The notes under the pieces were generated by a model. It was not told the origin of the DNA, searched no databases, and was given only the letters and a program-made list of their open reading frames with translations. DNA of 63,145 nucleotides, the filler included, from Hausera hauseri (lineage: Eukaryota), in NCBI GenBank assembly GCA_046269625.1. It is 12 parts of 12 records of this genome, joined end to end, with 100 filler letters (N's around TTAATTAATTAA, not from the genome) between each part and the next. Parts side by side here need not be neighbours in the genome. Positions count along the whole stretch, not along the records: positions 9,922 to 14,539 come from JBJURY010502019.1; positions 14,640 to 18,782 come from JBJURY010737432.1; positions 18,883 to 25,072 come from JBJURY010127539.1; positions 25,173 to 29,616 come from JBJURY010578893.1; 8 more parts are not named here. One strand, written 5' to 3'. Position numbers and translations under genes: made by a program. This document shows positions 14,023 to 26,013 of the stretch, in pieces; the stretch's first letter is position 1, and each line of letters starts with the position of its first letter.

Positions 14023-15439
14023 TTCTGAATGAGAAACAAATTAAAGTAAGCGTAAAATGCAATATATATGAATATTAACTTATTAACACTTTAAATTAAA
14101 ATAAAACTACTTCTATGGTGGGGTGATGGTGGTCTAAGGGCGACTATAAATATTTTCTACTCTCAGCATTCAATGTCACAAGTAAGATAGATGGAAGAAT
14201 ACATAGAAAGTGAGATTGAGAGATTGACCGATGACATTTTGATCGGACATGCGTTTAATGTTCAGTACCTATGTGAGCTGTCCTAAACGAGAATAATGAG
14301 CAGTAGAGAATATATTGATTTAATAGTCAGATCTCTGTTCGTAAAACGTATCGAGGATGAAATGAGACGAAAACGACAAAAACGACGTATTAATTTCCCC
14401 ACTAGACTTGTATTTATTGTTTCGCTTTGTATTGTAATGAAAAAGCTGATTGACCGTGTAAGTAGATCGCGTATCTACCATTCCGACTTCTACATCACTT
14501 GATGATTGAAAAGTTGAATTATCCATAAGATGTTTATTANNNNNNNNNNNNNNNNNNNNNNNNNNNNNNNNNNNNNNNNNNNNTTAATTAATTAANNNNN
14601 NNNNNNNNNNNNNNNNNNNNNNNNNNNNNNNNNNNNNNNTTTAAAATAAATTGATTGGGTAACTTTGATAACTTGATCCAAACTTAATAGCCAATTGAAT
14701 TCGCCAATTGATACAGTCGTCATTTCTTGTTTGAATTTGAATGTCCTCATATCGATGCCCCTTTTAACGACAACTACGTTGTTGAATAATCAATTATGAG
14801 GAATGGTATTTTTCTGTAAGCGAAATATATTTTGCTGTACCGACTACCGTGTACAACATTTAATTTAATTGATTTTTCCAGTGAATGACCATGCCAAAAG
14901 TAATTTGAATGAATCCAAATATTCTTCGAGTTAAACAAACAAGGAAAGTCACAGCCAGCTGTAGTCAAACTGCAGAAAGTCTTACATGCTATAAAAAGGG
15001 TTCAGGAGCTTATCACTGATGCTGACTTTAGAGTGTTTCGCATACTCGATTGAATTGCGTAATGTTGATAAAATGTCGGTTACTTGTAACCACGACCGTC
15101 CCATAGGAGTAGAATTTAATAATTCTGGCATAATTTTGAACGATATATATTCTTCGGGTAATTGTCCAATTAATAACAGAGCATTTCCGTGGATCAATAT
15201 TTTATGTTAGGTCAGCGACCTAGGATGCATATGTTACAAAAGTCTTCCAAAAATCTAGATTCGCAAATATTCGCAGTCGTTTTTCCATGGATAATGTAGA
15301 TAAATAATGTTTCTAACAGATACTGTAAAAATCGTTACCCAGTAGAATCCAATAGTATGAAAAAAATTCAGCGGAATGTACAAATGTTTAAGAAAATAAG
15401 TTATTCATCAGTAACATAGAGATTGGTCATTTTTCATCA

Positions 15440-17135
15440 CTATGAAGAGGGAAAACTTCTACGTGAAAGCTACAGGTTGGCATGCTAATCAGCGATTGCT
15501 GTATGAGATCGAGTCAGGATACCCACTCAACGCATAGACTCATGCATTAGAAAGCTGAAGAAACTACATGAAGAGCACTTATCCATACAGAAACACAGAA
15601 CTAAGCAACGGGAAAGTGATAGACAGAATGAAGAAATTTTTAAAAGTGAACTCAAACAGCTGCTCGATATTGCCGCAAAAGATGTTTTGACTAAACTCAA
15701 AAAGGAGAGAAGATCGAGAATTTCTACAAAATCAAAAGCGGAACGTGTTTTCTTGCAGTATGAGTGGAGTTGACCTTCAAACAACTGATAAAGAACGCAG
15801 AAAGAGACAGTGTGAGGAAAAGAAAGCCCTGGCAAAAGTAAGATATGAAGAAAGGCAGACTAAAGCAATTTCCAGTTCAACAACGGAATTTTCTTCAGTG
15901 CCATCTACTGAGTCTGAAAGCGAACATGAATATCAATCTGTGAAATCAGTGTCTATTGAAGTTACCAGTAATGATGCAGTAACAGAAACATCTAAGAATA
16001 TTTTCACATCCCCTGTGGTTGTTGGTGCTCTGGATCGAGTCAATCTTTCTGACCGGAGTGTGGTATTTGTTGCAACAGCAGAAGAAACAAAAATTTCCTT
16101 TAAAGGTCCTCTTCCTTTACACTGGAATGGAAAATTGTTACCGGATGTAGATGGGTCAAAGGTAGACCGATGTGTTATCATTGTTACTGGAAATGGAGAT
16201 GGAACGTTACTGGGTATACCAAAGATAGGGAAAGGAATAGGAGAGGCACAAGCAAATACTTGTGTTGATGCTATCAAGAAGTGGAACCTTACTTCAAACA
16301 TTGAAGGTCTTGTCTTTGATACAACAACAAGCAATACATGACTTCGTAAAGGAGCTTGTTTCCGACTTGAACATTTTTTGGGAACTGCATTAATTTGAAT
16401 CACGTGTCGCCATCATGTAATAGAAATCAAGCTGTCTGACGTCTTTTGTTGTCTGTTTGGCTCAAGTGGAAGCCCGCAAACAGAACTTTTCAAGCGATTT
16501 CAGAAGCAGTAGCCATTAATAAATAAGTCTAATTTTGCAGCTGCGAGTGATGATCTCTTTCACGATCATGCACTAGGCAATCTACATCGAACAATGCTTG
16601 ACTATTTGCCTCATGCTCTTGAAACACAACAATAAAATGTTGCGTTTGTCTCTCTTGTTCCTTTGTGCACAATACCCTGGTAAAGTAATTCGAGCACCTG
16701 GCCTACACATCACTCGCGATGGATGGGGAAAGCCATTTACGCACTGAAGTTATTCCTATTCAGAACACAGTTTCAGAACGGCAACTCAGCAGAAACGACG
16801 TACAAAAACGGCTTAAACGTACAGATGAAGCAGAACCTGTCCTGTTTGAGGATCTTGTAACACAAAGTACACAGTCACTTTCTGATCTCTTAATTAAAGA
16901 AGGATCAAAAAAAGAAAAATCATTCTTGGAGAAACACCCCGCTGAGTGGACTGATGATCCCGTTTTCAAGGATCTTTGAAACCAGGCATCCAAAGTGACT
17001 GTTGTTAACGACGCCACTGAACGTGGAATAATTCTAATTGAAAAATACAATAATACCATGGCAAAAGATGAAGAATAGAAACAGTTTGTTTTTCGACTCG
17101 TGGCAAGTCACCGAAAGAAATTTCTTAAAAGTTCT
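15440..17135 (+). mobile_element. Decayed DDE DNA transposase, hAT-like (hATm-type)
   Basis: LHWNGKLL..VDR..LLGIP..GxGEAQA..FDTTTSNT..GAC..CRHH and C-terminal VVNDATERG; several stops and frameshifts. Subfamily assignment is from memory of motifs. Confidence 0.7.
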
Positions 17136-18891
17136 TTCGTATTTTCAAAATCTACAGAATTAATATTATCTATAAGAAATTCATGAATTTTGTTCGTAGT
17201 AGATTTTAGCGTACGAAACTGTAGCAATAGTTACCAATTAATATTGAAGATTAACAAACAAATTTCACGAATTATACAACAAAATGTAAACAGTGTTCAT
17301 GGTTATGTAATAAGTGTTGGCATTTCGTAACCGAAAAATGGATCGTTTTCTTCACGTTTCAGAAAAAAACAGTATATGTCAAAGCGCATGATGGGGTGAA
17401 TTTGTTTCAATTCATGAGGAACCCATTGACGAAGAAAGTGATGAAGGATTTTCATGTGAAAAGCTATAAAAATACGATGTGCCCTTGCAACACGATGAAT
17501 TGATGATAAAGCGTAAACAAATGAATAAAATGTTGCTACGGTGCTTCCAAAACAGCGACCCCTGTCGATTCTTTACACTGACGAAAAGTTCAACAAACCC
17601 AAGATGCTAACAAATATGGTCAAGTCAAGAATGAAGAAATAAATTTTGCAAATATTGGTACTTATATACTATATCCCCGTTTAAGTATGTATCCAAATGC
17701 GTACTGGAACATTTCAATCTCCCATATTTAAGACCAATGTGTTGTCATACTCATTCCATGGTTTGTCGAAATATTCGGTAGTTTGAGTCAGATTAGCTAC
17801 AATCTATATACGACGAACCAGCAGGTGAATATCAGCAGAAACGTTCTGAAGAAGTGCCAATTAGGTATGAAGGCATAATGAGGTTGTACCATTATTATGA
17901 AGTACCACAGTTTGAACTAATAATATTTCACACAATTTTAACTCTTTTGCTGTTATCTGTGTTTACTAAATATTAACAAATTGGAATTTAATAATTCTCT
18001 GAATATTCAGAAATTTCAAGCTGGAAAAAAGATAAAAGTGCATCTGCGTGGGACCTTCTAGTAGATGTGCCAATAAAATTTTTTAGCAGTATTAGTGTGG
18101 GTGTGCATGTGTGTCAACCCACTTCCTGTTTCTAATCCTGCCCATGATTCCAGACTGGGAATCATCAAACCTAAAGCACCTATCCTAACTATAATCTTAT
18201 CTCAAAGTACAACCTCAACATCGATGTCAGTGTTGTTATGGTTGTTACGGACGCGGCTGGCTCGTGGTTTTTGCTCTTCGGCTCAAATCCCACCATTAAC
18301 AAAACTGTTCCGCTAAGTCTAAAGGAGCCTAAATGTAATATGCTATTTATTTATTTTAAAATCATAACAGAGCAACCTGCACGAAATTAACTGCAGTAGC
18401 AATCCCATCTTTATGCCGTCGCTAACATACGTACTGTGGTACCTGGCCACTAGCTGACATGGTGGAACAAACAAGAAAGATGAACAGAAATAATAAAATA
18501 TCATAGAATAATTGTACAATTAACACAACAGCAAGAGATTTCAGACAACGATCCACGTAGACACCGACTAAAGAATGGACAACATAACATATGGGCAGAT
18601 ATGTATCATACCCGGTGTGTTACTAACAGACAAACATAAAGGTGGGAAACGGTCAAAGCAAGACAACCACATACACTAGCGAACAGCGTTTCGAGTAAAG
18701 TGACTTTTTTCTGCATTCTTCCCAGGAAGTGCATTGTAATAGTATTCTGATTTAGTATTAACTAAAGAGTTAACTATTTTAANNNNNNNNNNNNNNNNNN
18801 NNNNNNNNNNNNNNNNNNNNNNNNNNTTAATTAATTAANNNNNNNNNNNNNNNNNNNNNNNNNNNNNNNNNNNNNNNNNNNNATCAGACTT

Positions 18892-19690
18892 CTATAACAA
18901 TTTTTCTTTATCCATTAGTCTATTAGCACATGATATCTGATGAGTTTTACTATGGTCCGATCGATAAAATCTATCGCCACAAACTTGGCACTGAAACAAT
19001 TGTAATTTTAAATGTTCTTTGCGCTTGTGTCTCGTTAAGTGGTCTGAACGAGTAAAGGATTTTCCACACTCTGTTCCATAGGTTTGAATAAATTTACAAA
19101 CGTATAGTTTCTCTCCTATGTGAATTCTGATGTGTGCTTTCAAATGAGCACAATTCATATAGGCTTTGAAACAATCTGAATGAGGACACCGAAAATTTCT
19201 TGGAGCACCAGTTGATAAATTTTTTGCGATAGAAAATCGTCGTACAGTTTGGATGGGTTTTCCTAACTGATTTCATATTTAGTGGCATCATCACATTCCG
19301 GTGGAAGTTGGGATGTAACTGTGACTGTTGGTGTTCGATTAACAATTTGAGTGACAGATGAATATACGAAATTGGGTGGTAAAGATGCAATGAAGGATGG
19401 GTTTGACTGCTGGAGAGATCGATTGATGAAGAGCACCGGCTGAGAATTGACGATGAGACGTTGAGGAGTCATTGATGACTAAATCTTAACGGGAATCTGA
19501 ATTTGGGATAGAGAAGGATTGGAGAATCCGTTGGTGACGACATTTGATGTCCTTAACTGTAAAACGTTTGAGCTAAGATTGACCGACAGTGATGAATGAG
19601 ATGGAGGAATGGGCAACTTTAAGTGGCTTGATATGTACATGTTCTGTAATTCGGATAAAGCGATAGCGTACTGCGGCACATGTGAATTTG
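18892..19690 (-). pseudogene. Intronless decayed KLF/Sp-family C2H2 zinc-finger transcription factor copy
   Basis: S/P/Q-rich N-terminus then three fingers: CPHSDCFKAY..HLKAHIRIH(I)GEK, CGKSFTRSDHLTRH, CQVCGDRFYRSDH; in-frame TAGs at 19479 and 19263, frameshift near 19220. Confidence 0.85.
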
Positions 19691-19706
19691 TCAGAGTGCT
19701 GTCGTA

Positions 19707-22700
19707 ATTTCTTTCGAGGCGGAAGATCGCGGCCCGCCTGTGGGCCCGACGCGACGGCGGCGGACGCCCAGTCGTGTCCAACCAAAAGGGCCAGAAGGCA
19801 CCGGCCGCTGTGAGCACCACATCACCCCCCCTCCGTGGCAAAACAAAAACTATGAAGGGTAAAAAGAAGGAAAAAAACGCAAAACGAAAAAGTGTCTGTG
19901 TTAGCTGGCCTTAGTGTTGACAAGATGTTGGGTGCCTTCTGGTGACTTTTCCCTGCTATATTTGCTGAATGTGACTCTGCGTGTTTTGTTTTTAACCTGC
20001 GTGTTTGTTTGCACAGGTTTAAGTTGGGAAAAACATTATTGGATTTTGTTGTAAGTGTTGTGTCGTGCGAAGATGAATCAGAATGAAGAGAAGAAGGTGA
20101 AGGAGAAAGAGAGATTGTTGAAGATGAATGGTTAAAGGTATTCAAGAAAGTGTTAGAAGATGGAGGGATGATAAAAGGTGTAGTGGCGGATAAAGGAAAA
20201 GAAAGAGAAGTTGTAGTAGAGGTTGGAATTTAATTGTGTGAGAGAGTGGAAGTAGAAGATGAAACATAAGTTGTAGTAGAGAGGAAAAGGGATAGGGAAA
20301 TAGGTAAAGAGAAGAAAGTTAAAGGTGATGTGTGAGGAGAAAGAGGGAAGAAAGCGTCGAAGATGAAGAAGGTGTGGAACGACAGGGAGAGAAAAAGAGA
20401 AAGTAACGAAGAGGTACAAGACGAAAGAGAGCGAGAAGATAGAGAAGGCAAAGGAAACTAGTTGTAGGGTGGTGTGCAAGAGGTTGGAATGATGAAAGGT
20501 GTAGATAGAGAGATTGCTGAAGTCGAAATGGTGTTTGATGGAGGAAGTGCTGTAAAAGGAGTAAGCAGGTTGTGAGAAGATGAAGGAGGTGATGGAAAGA
20601 TTGAAGGTGAAAAATCGGATGGGGAGAAAGAAGCTGAATTGTTTAAAAAAATTGAAGTGGAAGTTTTGGGAAAAAATGTAGGCGAAAGTGGGTTGAAGAA
20701 CTAAGCAGAGATAGAAGGTGGATTGTTAGATTGCTGCGCGTCGTGTAAAGATGTTGGTCGAGAAGTGGTTTCGATGGGAGACGTGTCGTCAACGAAGAAG
20801 GCCGGTTTAGCATTATGGATGTGAACGGTTACTTCTTTGTCGTTTTTGAGGATAATGATGTTGTGGGAGTGCAAGCGAATTACTTTGTAAGGGCCGACAT
20901 ACTGAGGTTGAAAGTAACACGGCGTCTGATTCCTTAGCCAAACGAACTTGGCTGTATGTAAATCGTCTGGTATGTAGGGTTTATTTGCGTGTAACAATCT
21001 GCAAAATGAGTCTTTGCTGATCTCAACGAAGTGTCTCTGTGCCGCTTGTATGGTTTTGTCGGTAGGAGTATTGTCCAGCTCAGTCAGCTCGACTAATGAT
21101 CTGATGAAAGTGCCAAATAATGCTTCTGCAGGTGAACAGCAAGTAGAAGTTGATGGTGTGTTCCGCGAGCCAAGCAGAACGTACGGAAGTAGTGTAGTCC
21201 AACTGCAATTGGACTCAGCAAGAATTTTAAGAGACGTTTTCATTGTTCGGTGAAAGCGATCGAGAAGGCCGTTCGATTGGGGATGGTATGGTGATGTGTG
21301 AATGTGGTTTATTGCCAATTGATTGACAAGAGCTTTAGATAGGTTGGATTCGAACTGTGGACCTTGGTCCGAAATGATATGACGAGGTGATCCAAACCTG
21401 CTGACACAAGTGCGGATGAAAACGTCTGCAATGGTTTCTGTGTTGGTGCTCCGAAGCGGGACAGCCTCTGGCCATCGCGAGGAACGGTCTATCATTGTGA
21501 GGATGAACTGATGGCCGTTATCTAAGGGTAGTGGGCCTACAAGGTCAATGTGAACAGATTCAAAACGAGACGTGCAGGGAAAATGATATTGTAGTGCCTA
21601 ACCCATGCCTGCACGTCAGAGCGCATCGACGGCCATACTACTTGGCGTTGGTAGAGGCGAAAAGTGGCCTTGGCACGAGGATGATGCAGCGAATGTACGC
21701 TGTGGAACGCTTCCTTTGAAGCGATTCAAAAAGAATAATTTTGGGATTATTAGGTTTGAAGGTGTCAAAGGCTACACCGTCGATGGTTTTGCAAGATTTA
21801 AAAGATTTAAGGATGTCAGGAGGTGGCTGGTTTTGTTGAAGCTTGGTTTGAGGAAAAATTAATGTAAAATCAATCGAGCTGACCGATCGGGACAAAAAGT
21901 TAGCTACTAAATTGTCGACTCTGTTTAAATGTTTAATTTGAAAACTAAATGTTGACAAATACGATATTTGCCTCTCCTGACGTGGCGAAGGCGATATCAT
22001 GGTGAGAATTTGAAGCAAGGGCTTGTGGTCCGTTTGTATGGTAAAAGTTCGTGCAGTTAGGAGATGTTTAGTGTCTTACGGCAAGGACCATTGTTAGAAA
22101 CTCGCGGTCAAAGGTGGAATACCGTTTTTCTTGTGCTGTGAATTTTCGAGAGAAAAACTCTAATGGCTCATGGAATCCATTTTTGACTTGATGGAGGACA
22201 GCATCTGCAGCTGTTGTGGATGCATCCGTGGTTAAGAAAAGTTCTGCACGGTAGTCCGGATAAGCCAGGATTTCAACCGTTTTTAAATTTTCTTTGAGAC
22301 GATCGAAAGCACTGACTAAATTGGCGGCCCATTGAATAAGCTGTTTCTTCTTGCCAGAGCTTAGTGATGCAAATGGAGCGGTTAGAGTGGAACAGTGCGG
22401 AACGTACTTATGAATAAAGTGCAAGGTTCCTAGGAAAGAACGCATCTCTGTGGATGTGCATGGTAGTTGTATGTTTTTGAGCTGAGTGATGCGATCCGGC
22501 TGAGGTGAATGTCCAGAGGAGCTAATAACGTGTCCTAGGAAATTGACCTTATGTTGAAAAACGATGCATTTGGAGAAGTTAATTTGCAACTTGTTTTGGT
22601 GCAAGAGCTGGGAGATTAAACGTAAGTGTTCAGAGTGTTGCTTGGGGGAAGATGAGGCAATTAAGATGTCATCAATATAGGGATACGAGAAGTCTAAGCC

Positions 22701-23800
22701 TTATAATACTGTGTCGATATTACTTTGGAAAGTCTGAGAAGCGCTGCGGAGTCCAAAAGGCATAAAGAGATACTCGAAAAGGCCGAAAGGTGTAATGACA
22801 GCCCTTTTGGGAATGTGTTCTGGTGCTACCGGAATTTGGTGTTATGCTTTATATAGATCAATGCAGGAATAGACGGTTGCACCATAAAGCCTGTGAAGGA
22901 TATCGTTGACTAATGGTAGAGGGTAGGCATCAATTGTTGTTATGGTGTTGAGTTGGCGGTAATCACCGAATGGGCGAAAGGTGCAATCTTTTTTTGGAAC
23001 CACATGCAGTGGTGAAGACCAGGGTGATTTGGATCTTTTGATTATTCCTGATTTTTCAAGGTCGAGAAACTCAGACTCCACTGCCTGTCTGCGGCGAGGC
23101 GATAGCGGGCGGACCTTTTGCCGGATTGGTCGTTGATGTGCAGTTACGATGTGATGAAAGGTGGATTGAGGTGGTACGAATGATTTGTCCTTTTGCAACA
23201 GACGCGTGTCGGAAGACGAAATATATTGCTGTAAGTCAGAGGGCAACGATGAGAAGTTTTCAGATGGTGTCGATGCCTCGTGACTGGATGCAGTTGAGGT
23301 ATGTGTTGTAGACAAGGTGTTGCGACTAGGTGGTATTTGGTGCAGGATGTTCGTATTGAAAATGGTGTTGGCAGCTGTGCTATTAGTAATGGGTGCCACG
23401 CAGTTGGCAATATCGCATTTGTCACCGTAATAAAAAATTTCTATATAATAAATGATTATGAAAATAATTCATATCAATAGTATTTTCTTTAGTACTGACT
23501 TACTGGACTCGATCGCCGGGGTGGTCATCGAAATTCTGCTGATTTGATTAATATTATTTCCACTTTTTAAGGAACATTGTTTGCAATCTACAAGTAAATT
23601 GTAGTGAGACAGAAAGTCTGAATCCAATATAGGTGTGCGTACATTAGCTATTGTAAATTTCCATGTGAATATGTTTGTGAAGTATGGGATAGTGAATGTT
23701 AATGTGGTAACTCCAAAAATTTGTAAGGGTTCACCGGACGCAGTGAACAGTTACTTTTTTGAAGTGTGAATGACACAGCCTGGTGGATCTGAGAAGAGCT
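19707..23800 (-). mobile_element. Decayed CsRn1-like gypsy element (family G1): partial protease, RT, RNase H, integrase, S/P/T-rich tail, PPT, LTR head
   Basis: SPWSSPLHVVPKKD, GDYRQLN, YIDDILIAS, TTDAS, FDREFL, SDQGPQFES, YHPQSNG, GPY; PPT GGAGGGGGGGTGA (19822-19834) then TGTGGTGC (from 19821). Confidence 0.93.
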
Positions 23801-25072
23801 GGGAATTTTGGTTGAACACAGTCTAGCCGTAACCGAATGTACTAGCTGCTTTGTTCACATCTCCAGTACCGGAATGCGGTTCCTGCGGAGGTAGAACTGG
23901 CATCGATGGGCTCGAATGATGCCAAGATAAACTGGCTTTTTCCTGATTACTTTTTCCAACGTAACAACCGGACATGAACATTTGGCCGGAAATATTATCA
24001 GACACGACGTTTACTGGCGCTTTTATAGTGTCTGCTGTGGCGTTGCACACTTTTTTGTACCTGGCGTTCTGGACAACTGCCAAATCAACCTCGTGTGGAT
24101 TCATCAACACGGTGGGATCCGTGCCCACTATATGCAGAACGGGCAGTTGAGAAAACGAATAACCCTGATTAATCGAAGTCGACTCAAGGGATTCTCGCTG
24201 TTCCTGACTCTGCAAAAGACTGCTTATTTCATTATTCGCTGCACCCGATTCACTGTCGAAACTCGACTGAGCCGGACTAAACTGTAAAACAGCGTACTGG
24301 GAGTGTTGTCGAGGCTGCACCGGAGGTGCTAACGTTAACGGGGTATGACTGTATTCGAATGCATTGTTATATTGTTTCGTCTCTGTCACATTTGATATTT
24401 TCTGAGTAAGCTTAAATCGTAACTTTATGCTACCGGTCGATTTCGACGGCGGCGGGGACTCGCACTTTGGTGACTGTGCTCATTCCGAAGAAAGCCTTAG
24501 TATTAATGGAGGACTTTTCACAACCGATGGACTGAATTTCTTATTGTTACTTGGCGACCGCAGCTGCGGAACGCGTCTTGGTTTTACTTCTGTTGATACA
24601 GTTATTGCACTGCTACGGCGATCTTCTTTTCTTGTACAGAAAATGTGCTTTGAATTTGTTTCTCTTGGCAATTTTTCGGGTTTCTGGATCGGTGGTGGCG
24701 CCAATGGCTTTTAATGCAATTGACGAGCAGGCTTTGGTGGTGTTTTTTTGATGGTAGACTCAACAATTTCTAACTGCGGTAGACGAATACGCATTTTTAA
24801 CGACTCTGTAGACTCCATCATGGCAGTTGAATAGCAGTGAATACAGATTGTCTATTACGTTTCTTGGTAGCTAAAGTCCGCAGCCAAAGAAACCTGTCCA
24901 TGGATTTGTTCACGAATTTTGTCGATTTTTCACCATATTTCTTTTTATTTCGACTCATGCGGATTACTAATTTTCAATGATAAACCACCAATTTCTTTAT
25001 ATGTACTTTTTATGCAGATAGACTTTTCTTTCCTTTCAGTCATAGCAGATGGAACTTCAATTATGCGTGAAT
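23800..25072 (-). pseudogene. Decayed fragment of an unidentified S/P-rich cellular-type protein, occupying the position of gag
   Basis: ORFs 24480-24704 and 23823-24389 share a frame, separated by single stops; no gag motifs; abuts the C-terminal half of the protease. Confidence 0.45.
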
Positions 25073-25176
25073 NNNNNNNNNNNNNNNNNNNNNNNNNNNN
25101 NNNNNNNNNNNNNNNNTTAATTAATTAANNNNNNNNNNNNNNNNNNNNNNNNNNNNNNNNNNNNNNNNNNNNGAAT

Positions 25177-25295
25177 GTGTCTAGTTAGTAAGCGTTGGTC
25201 GGAAGTATGGTGGTTTGTGGGAAATGATCTGTTAGTAATCATGTATCTAGTTAGTAATCGTGTGTCTAGTTAATAATCGCGTGTCGACTGTTCGT
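25177..25295. repeat. Short degenerate tandem repeat (tgtctagttagtaatcg-like unit)
   Basis: About 4 imperfect copies. Confidence 0.5.
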
Positions 25296-25499
25296 GTCAG
25301 TCGACTTTCAGTCGTAAACAAAACGGACTTTTTGTCCGTATGCTGTCTGTTAGCGACGGCCATGTCGGCTTTTTAGTGAAAACGTCCTTGCTTTAACTCT
25401 ACCAGACCGCTGTGCCAATTTTTCGGTAATTTCCTAATCTGCTGCTAGACCGCTGGACCTAATTTTCAGTACTTTGCCTACTGCGTGAGAACTCCCAAA

Positions 25500-25567
25500 T
25501 CGCTACACGTCCCTTTGAGACCATCTTACGACCCTTTGGGTGCGCGCCCCCAGTTTGAGAACCTCTG
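25500..25567 (+). mobile_element. Probable 3' end of a hAT/Charlie-type non-autonomous transposon
   Basis: cccagtttgagaacctctg followed by ctcta resembles the Charlie-type terminus and target-site context; 5' TIR not identified. Confidence 0.4.
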
Positions 25568-26013
25568 CTCTAATGTGAAAGAATGTTCACATATACCTCA
25601 CACACACATCACACTTTCTCATTTTTATCTCACGAAAGTGAAGATCAGAAAATACTGACTACCTTCATTTTAAAAGTGAGCTCAGACGCATCAGAAATAA
25701 ATAGCAAGAGATACCTATAAAATCAATGGTTTACTATACAATATTTGAGTTTATATTACAATGCTATTTTCGCTTAAAAGAATATTCACAAACGCAAACA
25801 CCGTGCATTAATTCAGTAGCTAAACTGGTGGAAATATTGTTGATGCATTGTTCAGCACGATAATTATTTTGTTCAGCAGGAAATGTGTCATTTCAAATTT
25901 ATATAAAAATTACATAAATTTAATACTTCAAAAATTAATTATATCTATTTAATTTGTTACAATATTCGTAATTTTCTATCATTATTTTTTCTCAATCACT
26001 TAGTGTTTTGTCA

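Noticed and set aside
20153-20479. Hydrophobic Phe/Leu-rich ORFs (also 60147-60677) as env or membrane proteins
   Set aside because: They are alternative-frame by-products of the pyrimidine-rich pol tail.
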